Assembly: GCA_965208255.1 (NCBI GenBank)
Contig: OZ242324.1
Location: forward strand, 970,016 to 1,034,015
Length of the DNA: 64,000 nt
Direction: 5' to 3'
From: Longimicrobiales bacterium
Lineage (GTDB): Bacteria > Gemmatimonadota > Gemmatimonadetes > Longimicrobiales > Gaopeijiaceae
Part shown: positions 20,399 to 29,395 of the stretch, one piece after another
How positions within the stretch are numbered: position 1 is the stretch's first letter
Layout: every line of letters starts with the position of its first letter
Made by a program: the position numbers and the translations under genes
The notes under the pieces: generated by a model
Database searches by the model: none
Told to the model about the DNA's origin: nothing
The model's input: only the letters and a program-made list of their open reading frames with translations

Positions 20399-21556
20399 AT
20401 GAAGATCCTCCACACCGCAGACTGGCACGTCGGCAAGACGCTGCGGGGGCGCAGTCGGGCCGACGAGCACCGGGCCGTCCTCGACGAAATCGTGGGGATC
20501 GCGGAGCGGGAAGCCGTCGACATCGTGCTGGTCGCGGGCGACCAGTTCGACCGCGCCGTCCCCAGCCCCGAGTCGGAGGAGATCGTCTACCAGTCGCTGT
20601 TGCGGCTTGCCCGCACCGGCGCCCACGTGGTCGTCATCGCCGGGAACCACGACAACCCGCGCCGGCTGGCCGCGGTCGCCCCGCTTCTGGAGCTGGCCAA
20701 CGTCACCTCGGCGGCCAGGGTCGCTGCGCCGGACGCCGGGGGTGTGTTGCGCCTGACAACCCAGGCCGGCGAGGCCGCCTGCATCGCGCTCTTCCCCTTC
20801 CAGTCCAAGCGCGGGATCGTGACCGCCGAGGCGCTCATGGGAGGCGACCCCGACGATCACCAGAAGGAATACAGCGCCCGCTGCCGCGGCATCGCGCGCG
20901 CGCTTTGCGAGGGCTTCTCAGCGGACACCGTCAACCTGGTGGTGGCCCACCTGACCGTGGTGGGCGCGGCGGTGGGCGGCGGCGAGCGGGAGGCCCACAT
21001 CTTCGACTACTACATCCCTGCGGACATCTTTCCCGAGAGCGCCCACTACGTCGCCCTCGGGCACATCCACAAGCCACAGAAGATCCCGGGGCGATGCCCC
21101 ATCTGGTACGCGGGATCGCCCTTCGCCATGGACTTCGGCGAGACCCATGGGGACAACTGCGTCCTCATCGTGGAGGCAGAGGCGGGGAGGCCGGCGCGCG
21201 TCCGGCAGGTCCCGCTGGCATCCGGGCGGGCCCTCCGCACCATCCGCGGCAACAGTCTCGATCTGGAAGCGATCAGGGATACGACCGGCGAGGACTTTCT
21301 CCGCGTCATCGTCGAGGACGTGCCCTCGCCGGGCCTCGCCGAGCGGGTGCGAGAGATGTTCCCCAATGCCGTGGACGTGATCGTGGCGCCCCCGGAGGGA
21401 GGCCCGAGGAAGCGCGAGGTGGTCGATCCCGCCAGACTGCGCGATCCGCGAGAGCAGTTCCGGCGCTATCTGAAGGAGCGGGACATCACCGACGAGGAGC
21501 TGGGGAAGCTCTTTGACGAGTTGCTGGAGGAGGAGTATGCGTCCGCTCAGGCTTGA
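20399..21556 (+). CDS. sbcD: Mre11/SbcD-type nuclease
   Basis: Phosphoesterase motifs are present in order: 'ILHTADWHVG', 'VLVAGDQFD', 'VVIAGNHD', 'VVAHLTV' and 'VALGHIH'. Confidence 0.9.
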   Translation: MKILHTADWHVGKTLRGRSRADEHRAVLDEIVGIAEREAVDIVLVAGDQFDRAVPSPESEEIVYQSLLRLARTGAHVVVIAGNHDNPRRLAAVAPLLELANVTSAARVAAPDAGGVLRLTTQAGEAACIALFPFQSKRGIVTAEALMGGDPDDHQKEYSARCRGIARALCEGFSADTVNLVVAHLTVVGAAVGGGEREAHIFDYYIPADIFPESAHYVALGHIHKPQKIPGRCPIWYAGSPFAMDFGETHGDNCVLIVEAEAGRPARVRQVPLASGRALRTIRGNSLDLEAIRDTTGEDFLRVIVEDVPSPGLAERVREMFPNAVDVIVAPPEGGPRKREVVDPARLRDPREQFRRYLKERDITDEELGKLFDELLEEEYASAQA

Positions 21557-24317
21557 GCTGGAGGGCTTCACCTCCTTCCGCGAGCGGACGGAAGTCACCT
21601 TCGAGGACACCGACCTCTTCGTCTTCAGGGGAGCCACGGGATCCGGCAAGTCGAGCCTCATCGACGCGATGATCTTCGCGCTCTACGGCTCGGTGCCCCG
21701 CTACGACAACCTGAACCTGATCGCGCCGGCGATCAGCCAGGGCAAGGTCCGCGCGAGGGTGCGGCTCGACTTCGAGGCGCGGGGCCGGACGTATTCGGCT
21801 GTTCGGGTCGTGCAGCGCACCGCGACCGGCGCCACCACGAAGGAAGCCCGCCTGGAGGAGCGAACGAACGGCGGCTCGGTGAAGACCCTGGCAGCCACGG
21901 AGTCCGAACTGTCGGCCTGCGTCCAGAGCGATGTCATCGGCTTGGGCCTCGACCACTTCACCAAGTGCGTCGTGCTTCCCCAGGGCGAATTCGCAGCCTT
22001 CCTGCGCGCCAAGCCCGGCGAGCGCAAGCAGTTGCTGGAGCGATTGCTCGGGCTCGGGCTGTACGAGAAGCTGCGCAAGGCCGCGAACCTGCGCTGGAAG
22101 CTGGAGGAGGGCCGGGAAGGCCAGCTCCAGTGGCAACTGGAATCGGCGTTGGCTCACGCGACCCCCGAGGCTGTGCGCGAGGCCGAGACCCGGGTCGAGG
22201 CACTGAACCGGCTCCGGGAGCACATCGACGGGGTCTCGGGCCAACTGGTTCAGCTCACCACGGCCATCGAGGCCGCAGTCGAGCGACAGGCCAGGGGCGC
22301 GGAGCAGTTGGAGCTGTTGGCGGAGGTTCGCGTTCCGGAGGGCGTGGCCGAGCTGGCGACCCGCCACAGGAAAGCCGAGCAGGAACTCCGTCGCGTCTCG
22401 GAGGCTAGGGACGCTGCCGCGGCGAGTCTGCGCCACGCCGAGACTGCGCGCGCCGCGCTACCTGAGAGGGCAGCCGTCGAGAGGATCGTGAAGCAGAGGG
22501 CTGATCTGGCGCGCCTGGAAGCGGAGATCGATCGCACCCGGGGCGAGCTGAATGTGGCGGCCGAAGCCGCCGCCGTGGCTGTCGCGGCTGACAAGTCGGC
22601 CCGGGAAGATCTCTCGAAGGCCGGGGAGGCGCTCGAGCGGCTGCCCGGGAAATCGGAATTGGAGAGCGTTCGCGAGAAACGCACGCAACTCTCCAAGACC
22701 GAGGACGAAGTCAGGAGCGCAGGCCGTGATCTGGCGCAGGCCGAACATGCGTACGCCGCAGCCGACGGCCGAAAATCCGAAGCTGATCGCGCGATGGAGG
22801 CCGCCGCCCGGGCGTTTGAGGAGCTCCGCGTCGCGCACAGCGCGGCCGACATGGCTCACCACCTGGAGGAGGGCAGGCCGTGTCCGGTTTGTCTCCAGAT
22901 AGTGGCCCACCTCCCGGACCACGACATTCCCGAGAATCTGGACGCGGCGCGAGAGCGGAAAGGGGTGACGGAAGGGCTGGCCACCCATGCCGGTGCCGAA
23001 CGGGATCGTCGCAGGTCGGCACGAACCGCCTGCAAGACCACCCTGAAGCTCCGGGAACAGTCCGCCGAATCCCTGCGGGTGTCCTTGTCCGAGGCCCCCA
23101 CCGACGAAGAGCTCTCCGCGCTGATGGCCGAGATCGCAACCAGCGAGGCCCGCGTCGATCGCTTGACGCGGCGCGTTGAGGACACGGCCGGAGCGCGAAC
23201 GGAAGCGGACGGCCGGTTGCGGAGCGCGAGCGCGACCCTGGAGCAGCAGAAAGCCTTCGCGAGAAACCTGAAGAAGGACCTGCAGGAGGCTCCCACGCCG
23301 GAGGAAACGGCCACCCTCCTGGATGCGATCGGTTCGGCGGACGAGTTGTTGCGGCGGGCGCGGGCAGATGAGGATTCGGCGCGGCGGGCCCACGAGCAGG
23401 CGAAAAGAGAACGGGAGAGGGGACAGACACATCTGGATGCCGTGTGGTCGGAGTATCGCGCGGTCCGCGATGTGGTTGCGGAGATGAAGCCGCCTGCTTC
23501 CGTCGAAGGGGATCTGGCCGGTTCCTGGGCAAGCCTGTCGGACTGGGCCGGGCGGAAGTACGTGGCGACGAAGGAGGCGATGGACCAGGCAGCTGTGGAG
23601 GGGGAGGCTGCGTCCTCGGAGAAAGCCCGTCTCGATTCAGAGCTCCGGGAGCGGTGCCGTCATGACGGCCTTGCCCTCGGACCCGACGAAGATCCCGCGA
23701 AAAAGTGCGCGGAAGAACTGGGGGCGGCCCGCCAGGGGCTCGATCATCTTCGCGAGGCCGCCCGGGAGAGAGAGCGCGTCGAGAAGGAAAAGAAGGCGGC
23801 GCACGCACGCGCGCTGATCGCAAAGGACCTCGGCACCCATCTCAACGCGAAGAACTTCGGCGCCTGGCTCCAGAACCAGATCCTCGCCTGGCTCGTCCAG
23901 GGGGCAACGGCCCGGCTGCGGGAGCTCTCCAGCGGCCAGTACTCGCTGGATCTGTCCGGAAAGAACGAGTTCCTGGTGATCGATCACCGGAACGCCGACG
24001 AGCCCCGCCTGGCCAAGACGTTGTCTGGGGGTGAGACCTTCCTCGCCTCGCTGGCGCTCGCGCTGTCACTGGCTGAGCAGGTCGCCAACCTGGCGGCGCA
24101 CGGGAGCGCGAGGCTCGAGGCGCTCTTCCTGGACGAGGGCTTCGGCACGCTGGATTCCGAGACGCTGGACATCGTGGCGGCCACCATCGAGCAGCTCGGC
24201 ACTGAACGCATGGTGGGCATCGTCACCCATGTCTCCGAGCTCGCCGACCGCATCCCGGTTCAGTACCGGGTGAAGAAGGTAGGGAATTCGTCCTCGGTAG
24301 AGCGGGTCGAGACGTGA
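21537..24317 (+). CDS. sbcC: Rad50/SbcC-type SMC-like ATPase with a CxxC zinc hook
   Basis: Walker A 'FRGATGSGKSSLIDAM', long coiled coils, hook 'GRPCPVCLQ' (TGT..TGT at 22881-22892), signature 'LSGGETFLASLALALSL', Walker B 'LFLDEGFGTLD' and 'VGIVTHV'. The ATG at 21537 overlaps the sbcD 3' end. Confidence 0.9.
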   Translation: MRPLRLELEGFTSFRERTEVTFEDTDLFVFRGATGSGKSSLIDAMIFALYGSVPRYDNLNLIAPAISQGKVRARVRLDFEARGRTYSAVRVVQRTATGATTKEARLEERTNGGSVKTLAATESELSACVQSDVIGLGLDHFTKCVVLPQGEFAAFLRAKPGERKQLLERLLGLGLYEKLRKAANLRWKLEEGREGQLQWQLESALAHATPEAVREAETRVEALNRLREHIDGVSGQLVQLTTAIEAAVERQARGAEQLELLAEVRVPEGVAELATRHRKAEQELRRVSEARDAAAASLRHAETARAALPERAAVERIVKQRADLARLEAEIDRTRGELNVAAEAAAVAVAADKSAREDLSKAGEALERLPGKSELESVREKRTQLSKTEDEVRSAGRDLAQAEHAYAAADGRKSEADRAMEAAARAFEELRVAHSAADMAHHLEEGRPCPVCLQIVAHLPDHDIPENLDAARERKGVTEGLATHAGAERDRRRSARTACKTTLKLREQSAESLRVSLSEAPTDEELSALMAEIATSEARVDRLTRRVEDTAGARTEADGRLRSASATLEQQKAFARNLKKDLQEAPTPEETATLLDAIGSADELLRRARADEDSARRAHEQAKRERERGQTHLDAVWSEYRAVRDVVAEMKPPASVEGDLAGSWASLSDWAGRKYVATKEAMDQAAVEGEAASSEKARLDSELRERCRHDGLALGPDEDPAKKCAEELGAARQGLDHLREAARERERVEKEKKAAHARALIAKDLGTHLNAKNFGAWLQNQILAWLVQGATARLRELSSGQYSLDLSGKNEFLVIDHRNADEPRLAKTLSGGETFLASLALALSLAEQVANLAAHGSARLEALFLDEGFGTLDSETLDIVAATIEQLGTERMVGIVTHVSELADRIPVQYRVKKVGNSSSVERVET

Positions 24318-25330
24318 AACGCATCGATGCCCTCGCCATCGAAGGCTGGTCGCCGGAGTACGGTTCGCCGGTCGAGACGGAGCGGGAGGAGATTCCGGCC
24401 GAGCAGGTCGACTCCGGTGTGGAGCTGGCCGAGGGCGAATGGCGCGCGCTGCCTGCTGGTGACAGCCCGGAGGTCCCGGGCCGGGTCTATTTCGTCGACG
24501 GCGTTCGCCGCATCGAGGCGCGCGTCTGGATGAGCGGCGAGGACGAGCCCAGGCTGGGCATCTGCGCCTCATACGCGGCCGGGATGGTCCGATGCGGCCG
24601 CTGGGCGGAGATCGTGGCGGCCGAGGTGCGTCGTGGTTTCTTCGGCCGGGCCGGCGTCCCGGACCTGGTGACCCGGGTGGGGACCTTCGCCGCATGTCCG
24701 GTGGCGGGAGACGACATCGAGCAGCTCGTCAACGGCCTGCAGGAGCGCATGGGTCAGCTGGAGGTCGAGGTTGCGGGGGGATGGGGCGCCCGGCGATCGC
24801 GTCGTCGTTCGGCGCGCGTCCGCCTTGGCTCGGATTCCAACGGCACCAATCCCCCGCTGCATCCCGGGGCCCTGATGGTGATGGACGGCCCTCTGCGCGG
24901 CCGTCAGCGCATCCCGGGCGCCATCGGTTACGTGAAGAGCCACCGCGTGCAGTATCTGGCCGGCGGCCCCCGTGCAGTGGTGGCGCAGCTCGCCCCACGC
25001 GAGCGAACCCCCGTCTTCCTCATCCAGACCAAGTGGACCCGGTACTCGTGGTATCTGCGCCTGACCGAAGCGAAAGGGCATCCCTGGGCGGGAATCGTGC
25101 GGTGTGAGGCGTGGCCGGACGCGGAGCTGGACCAGGTGCGGAAGATCGCGGACGCGACGGCAGCCCTGCTTCCCCGGTTCGCTTCCGAGCCCCACAAGGA
25201 CGACCGCGCCCCCCAGAACCTCTATCCCATCGCCGGCCTGGAACGCGAACTGCACCACAGGCTGGGGGATCGCGGCGTGGTGTTTCGGGCGTTGCACCAG
25301 GCGGCAGCGGGGTATCGGCCGGCTGACTGA
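24314..25330 (+). CDS. nurA: NurA-like 5'-3' nuclease
   Basis: An ordered NurA-type motif set: 'VYFVDGVRR', 'QLEVEV', 'LMVMDGPL', 'AIGYVKSHR', 'YSWYLRL', 'GIVRCE' and 'LYPIAGLERELHHR'. The GTG start overlaps the rad50 TGA (GTGA). Confidence 0.6.
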   Translation: MKRIDALAIEGWSPEYGSPVETEREEIPAEQVDSGVELAEGEWRALPAGDSPEVPGRVYFVDGVRRIEARVWMSGEDEPRLGICASYAAGMVRCGRWAEIVAAEVRRGFFGRAGVPDLVTRVGTFAACPVAGDDIEQLVNGLQERMGQLEVEVAGGWGARRSRRRSARVRLGSDSNGTNPPLHPGALMVMDGPLRGRQRIPGAIGYVKSHRVQYLAGGPRAVVAQLAPRERTPVFLIQTKWTRYSWYLRLTEAKGHPWAGIVRCEAWPDAELDQVRKIADATAALLPRFASEPHKDDRAPQNLYPIAGLERELHHRLGDRGVVFRALHQAAAGYRPAD

Positions 25331-25343
25331 CCTTGGCCGCCAC

Positions 25344-25371
25344 GGTTGCCATATATATGGTTACCATATAT
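25344..25371. promoter_or_regulatory. Two 13-nt direct repeats GGTT(G/A)CCATATAT, including the palindrome CCATATATATGG, just upstream of vapB; candidate antitoxin operator
   Basis: ggttgccatatat (25344-25356) and ggttaccatatat (25359-25371). The vapB ATG lies 11 nt downstream. Confidence 0.4.
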
Positions 25372-25381
25372 CCTGCGTCTC

Positions 25382-25696
25382 ATGAAGACGATCAAGACGA
25401 CCGTGTACCTGGATGCGGCGGACTACCGCACGCTCAAGTCCCTGGCGGCCGATCAGAAGCGTTCGGCGGCGGAACTGGTTCGCGAGGCGGTGGCCGAGTA
25501 CGCGGCTCGCGCAACCGAGCGTCGGTGGCCACGGTCCATCGGCATGGGAGACAGCGGCGTCGTCGACCTGGCCGAGAGGTACGAGGACGTGATGGACGGT
25601 TTCGGCGCAGAGGGTTTCGCGGACGCGGAGGACAGCGGAACCGCGCCGGCCGCAGAGCAGCGCCCGCACCCTGAGTCCAGGGATCAGGCCCCGTGA
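25382..25696 (+). CDS. vapB: Ribbon-helix-helix (CopG/VapB-type) antitoxin
   Basis: 'MKTIKTTVYLDAADYRTLKSLAADQKRSAAELVREAVAEY' fits an RHH fold and is followed by a disordered tail. It overlaps the PIN gene start by 4 nt. Confidence 0.8.
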   Translation: MKTIKTTVYLDAADYRTLKSLAADQKRSAAELVREAVAEYAARATERRWPRSIGMGDSGVVDLAERYEDVMDGFGAEGFADAEDSGTAPAAEQRPHPESRDQAP

Positions 25697-26109
25697 TCGT
25701 CGCCGACACCAGCGCCCTGCTGGGACTCCTGGATCGGCGGAGTCATTCCCACGGAGCGTTGGCGGAGGCGTTCCATGCCTACCGTGACCAATGGGTGTTG
25801 CCGTGGGCGATTCTCCCCGAGTTGGACTACATGATTCCCCGGACAGTCGGCCCCGCCGTCCACAGGGCATTCCACGCCGACCTGGAGGAAGGCTGCTTCG
25901 CCGTCGAATGGGGTGGCTGGGCCGATGTGCGGAGGGCTCTGGAGCTCGACCGCGCGTATCGTGACCTCTCGCTCGGGCTGGTCGACGGGGTCGTCATGGC
26001 GATAGCGGAGCGGTTGGAAGCGCACGCGATCGCGACGCTGGATCTGCGCGACTTCGGAGCGGTCGACCTGAACGGCCAGCCGGCGTTCTGGCCCCGGGAC
26101 CTGCGCTGA
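25693..26109 (+). CDS. vapC: PIN-domain toxin (VapC family)
   Basis: Contains 'IVADTSALLGLLD' (first acidic residue), 'ILPELDYM', 'LGLVDGVVMAIAERL' and 'IATLDLRDF'. Confidence 0.85.
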   Translation: MIVADTSALLGLLDRRSHSHGALAEAFHAYRDQWVLPWAILPELDYMIPRTVGPAVHRAFHADLEEGCFAVEWGGWADVRRALELDRAYRDLSLGLVDGVVMAIAERLEAHAIATLDLRDFGAVDLNGQPAFWPRDLR

Positions 26110-26141
26110 TTGGTTGGGCGCTACCCTTGCCACCGACGGGT

Positions 26142-26807
26142 CTACCCCTCCAGCCGCTCCAGTTGCTCCAGCGCCTGCGCATTTCCTGACGCGGCCGCGC
26201 GTCCGTACCACTCTCGGGCCTGATCCAGATCGAGCGGGACGCCCCGCCCGGCCTCGTAGGCCTCGCCGAGCCGCAGCTGGGTGATGGCGTCACCCCGCTC
26301 GGCCGCGCGCAGCCACCATTCCGCCGCCAGGGCCGGGTCCTCCTCCACCCCTCGCCCGGCAGCGTACTGATTCCCCAGGTTGTGCGCTCCGAGCACGTGC
26401 CCCCGCTCGCCCGCCCGGCGGTGCCATACGGCCGCCTGCACGGGGTCGACCGGCTTGCCCAGCCCCTCGTCGAACGCCGTGCCCATCAGGAAGACGGCTT
26501 CCAGCACGCCCGCCTCGGCAGCGCGCTCCACCTCCGCGATTACCTCTCCGGCGATCGCGCGGGCCCGTTCCTCGTCGCGGGCGAATCCCATCCGGCCGGT
26601 GGAGTGCACGCGCGCCAGCCACATCATCGACAGCGTCCCGCCACGGTTGACCGCCTCTTCGAGCAGGTCGTGGGCGCGGGCGTCGTCTACGGTTCCCGCC
26701 ACCCCGGTGTACCAGTCCACGGCCTCCAGAAGGGCGGGGTCGGGCTCGGCCGGGGCAGGGGAGCAGGCGGAGGCGAAGAGGAGCAGGTACGGGACCAGAT
26801 CCCTCAT
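26142..26807 (-). CDS. Sel1-repeat (TPR-like) lipoprotein
   Basis: Lipobox 'LFASAC'. Repeated 'A..W...AAE.G...A...LG..Y..G.GV..D...A..W' units. The ATG at 26807-26805 was verified; the upstream 268 aa of the track ORF were rejected. Confidence 0.85.
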   Translation of the reverse strand: MRDLVPYLLLFASACSPAPAEPDPALLEAVDWYTGVAGTVDDARAHDLLEEAVNRGGTLSMMWLARVHSTGRMGFARDEERARAIAGEVIAEVERAAEAGVLEAVFLMGTAFDEGLGKPVDPVQAAVWHRRAGERGHVLGAHNLGNQYAAGRGVEEDPALAAEWWLRAAERGDAITQLRLGEAYEAGRGVPLDLDQAREWYGRAAASGNAQALEQLERLEG

Positions 26808-27997
26808 CCCCCCACCTGACCCAGCAGCCAGGCGCACGCGAGCGCTCCGTAGATCCCCAGGATGTAGCCTGCCACGGCCATCAGCAGCCCGATCGGCGCC
26901 ATCGCCCGGTGGTACACTCCCGCGACCACCGGCGCGGATGCCGCTCCACCGACGTTGGCCATGCTCCCGGTGGCCACGAAGAAGAGGGGCGCGCGCACGA
27001 TGCGGGCGGCGATCAACAGCACCGCCAGGTGGATCGCGATCCAGACCGCGCCCGCCGCGAGGTACTGCGGCACCTCGAGCACCGCCCTCAGGTTGGCCTG
27101 GGCGCCGATCCCGGCCAGGAGCAGGTAGAGCGCCGTGTAGCCGAGATGCGACGCCCCCACGGACTCGAGCTCTCTCAGTCGGGTGAAGGACAGGGCCAGC
27201 CCGCCGGTCACCACGATCAGGATGGCCCAGGTGGTGCCGCTGATGATGGTGGGATCGCCGATGGCCGGGAGCATCGCGCCGAGCCGCCGGGCGCCCACCG
27301 CGCACGCCATCCCGAGCCCGATCATGATGACCGCGTCGCGCATCGACATCGGGCGCCGTTCCCGGTTGATGGCCTCCAGGCGGCGGTTGGTCTCCTCGAT
27401 CGCTTCGGTGCGCGCCTTCGTGCGCCGGTCGAAGCGGCCCTGCAGCCCGACCATCGCGATCAGCACCCCCATCCATCCGTACCCGACCACCGTGTCCACC
27501 ACGATCACCGGCCCCATCGCAGCCGGCGACGTTCCCACGCTCTCGGCGATGGCCACCATGTTGGCCGTCCCCCCGATCCAGCTGCCCGAGAGCGCCGCAA
27601 AGCCGGTCCACGCGTCAGGCGGCAGCGCGTCCTTGAAGATCAGGAGCGAAATCGGCCCGCCGATGACGATCCCCACCGTGCCGGCCGCAACCATGAAGAG
27701 CGCCGTCCCCCCGAGCTTCAGCACGCTCCCGAGGTCCACCGACACCATCAGCAGCAGGAGCGCGAAGAGGAGCAGGTAGGGAACCGTCCATTGGTAGAGC
27801 GGCGAGGACGCGGGCGTGATCCCGGCGGTCGTCGTCAGCATCGGCAGGAAATACACGTAGATGACCGGCGGGACGACCTCGAACACCTTGCGGAAGCGCG
27901 GCAGCTCCGAGACCCAGAAGACCAGGGCCACGATGGCGGCCAGGAAGCCGAACACCGCCATCGGATCGGTGATGAGCGCCGTGGTTTCCTGACCCAT
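26804..27997 (-). CDS. DUF819-like polytopic membrane protein
   Basis: About 11 predicted helices. The N-terminus 'FGFLAAIVALVFWVSELPRFRKVFEVVPPVIYVYFLPMLTTTAGI' recalls the DUF819 family. Its stop overlaps the Sel1 gene start. Confidence 0.65.
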   Translation of the reverse strand: MGQETTALITDPMAVFGFLAAIVALVFWVSELPRFRKVFEVVPPVIYVYFLPMLTTTAGITPASSPLYQWTVPYLLLFALLLLMVSVDLGSVLKLGGTALFMVAAGTVGIVIGGPISLLIFKDALPPDAWTGFAALSGSWIGGTANMVAIAESVGTSPAAMGPVIVVDTVVGYGWMGVLIAMVGLQGRFDRRTKARTEAIEETNRRLEAINRERRPMSMRDAVIMIGLGMACAVGARRLGAMLPAIGDPTIISGTTWAILIVVTGGLALSFTRLRELESVGASHLGYTALYLLLAGIGAQANLRAVLEVPQYLAAGAVWIAIHLAVLLIAARIVRAPLFFVATGSMANVGGAASAPVVAGVYHRAMAPIGLLMAVAGYILGIYGALACAWLLGQVGG

Positions 27998-28275
27998 GCG
28001 TTTCCCCTTGTCTCAGCGGTGTGCAATCGGATTGGCCGCCGGAAGGATGGTATCTCCACCGGCGGGAAGTAGTATTATCAGCGTCCGGGAAGGTAAATGT
28101 CAGTAGTTGTCAGTACAAATACCAGTAATCACCAGTGATCTCCGTGCCCCGGAACAAGCAGCATCAGCGCCCGGGCAAGTGGTGTCACCGCCCGGACCAT
28201 TGGTGTCGGCGCGCGGTCAGCGGCTTCAGCACCGGCGAAACGGGACGCGGGCACATCCGGTAAAGGAGTTGCAAG

Positions 28276-29394
28276 GTGCGCCGGTGCAGCACCTTGCCAC
28301 CACCACAGCAGAAAGCACAAGTCACCCGCCGGGGGAAGCCGGCGCCGCGTCCAATGCGCGATGCGCACCCCGAGCCAGCAAGGAGCGCCGTGTACACCAC
28401 CTGCATGTTCTGCCAGAAACTCCTGGGGACCAACGAAGTTGTGGAGTCGTTCCCCGTGGGGCGCCGACTCGCCTTCGACGCCGCCCGCGGCCGCCTCTGG
28501 GTCGTGTGCACGAAGTGCGAGCGCTGGAACCTCACACCGCTGGAGGAGCGCTGGGAAGCGGTGGAGGACTGCGAGCGCATGTTCCGCGACACGCGCATCC
28601 GCGTGTCCACCGACAACATCGGCCTGGCCCGTCATCCGGAGGGACTGACGCTGGTGCGCATCGGCGAGCCCATGCGTCCGGAGTTCGCGGCCTGGCGCTA
28701 TGGGGACCAGTTCGGGCGGCGGCGTCGGCGCACGATCCTGTACGGGGCGGCCGGTGCGGTCGTGATCGGCGGTGTCGTGATCGGCGGAGCTGCCGCCGGC
28801 GTGGGCATGGGCCTGATCAGCCAGATCCCGAACTGGTTCAATATCTGGCAGAACCGCCGAACTCTCGTGAAGCTTCGTCCGGAAGGTGGGCCGCCCGTCA
28901 AGCTCAATCGCCAGGATCTGCTCGGCACCCGCCTGCGGCCGGCCGATGACGAGCTGGGCTTCAGGCTCCAGGTCCGCAAGCGAAAGAAGAAGACCTGGTA
29001 CGAGGGGGCGGAAGCGCACCGGTTCGCGGGAGCCATCCTTCCGAAGATGAACCACAAGGGTGGGAGCAAGGACACCGTCGGGAACGCCGTCGATCTGATC
29101 GAGACGGCGGGACACCCGGAGCGCTATCTGGTCAGGATCGCGGACGGAAAGCGTTTCGAGGACAAGAAGGGCGTGCCCGGCTACGTCAACAAGATGCCCA
29201 AGCGGTACAAACTCGCGCTCGAAATGGCGCTCCACGAAGAGCAGGAGCGACGCGCCCTGGAGGGCGAACTCTGGCTGCTGGAGAAGGCCTGGGAGGAGGC
29301 GGAGGAGATCGCGGACATCTCCGACAAGCTGTTCCTGCCGGAGGGAGCCGAGGAGTTCCTGCAGGAGAATCGGGAACAGGACCGCGAGTCCTGA
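28276..29394 (+). CDS. Hypothetical protein: N-terminal CxxC...CxxC zinc ribbon, Gly-rich TM segment, Lys-rich middle region, acidic helical C-terminus
   Basis: 'CMFCQK...VCTKCERW', 'GAAGAVVIGGVVIGGAAAGVGMG' and 'LALEMALHEEQERRALEGELWLLEKAWEEAEEIADI'. An AAGGAG Shine-Dalgarno (28263-28268) lies 7 nt before the GTG at 28276. Confidence 0.5.
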   Translation: MRRCSTLPPPQQKAQVTRRGKPAPRPMRDAHPEPARSAVYTTCMFCQKLLGTNEVVESFPVGRRLAFDAARGRLWVVCTKCERWNLTPLEERWEAVEDCERMFRDTRIRVSTDNIGLARHPEGLTLVRIGEPMRPEFAAWRYGDQFGRRRRRTILYGAAGAVVIGGVVIGGAAAGVGMGLISQIPNWFNIWQNRRTLVKLRPEGGPPVKLNRQDLLGTRLRPADDELGFRLQVRKRKKKTWYEGAEAHRFAGAILPKMNHKGGSKDTVGNAVDLIETAGHPERYLVRIADGKRFEDKKGVPGYVNKMPKRYKLALEMALHEEQERRALEGELWLLEKAWEEAEEIADISDKLFLPEGAEEFLQENREQDRES

Positions 29395-29395
29395 G

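Noticed and set aside
20399-24317. Mre11-like + SMC-like pair as a Lamassu-type or other anti-phage defence system
   Set aside because: The SMC-like protein is a full-length Rad50/SbcC with a CxxC zinc hook and long coiled coils. It is flanked by HerA- and NurA-like genes, so the DSB-resection interpretation fits better. A defence role cannot be excluded but is unsupported.
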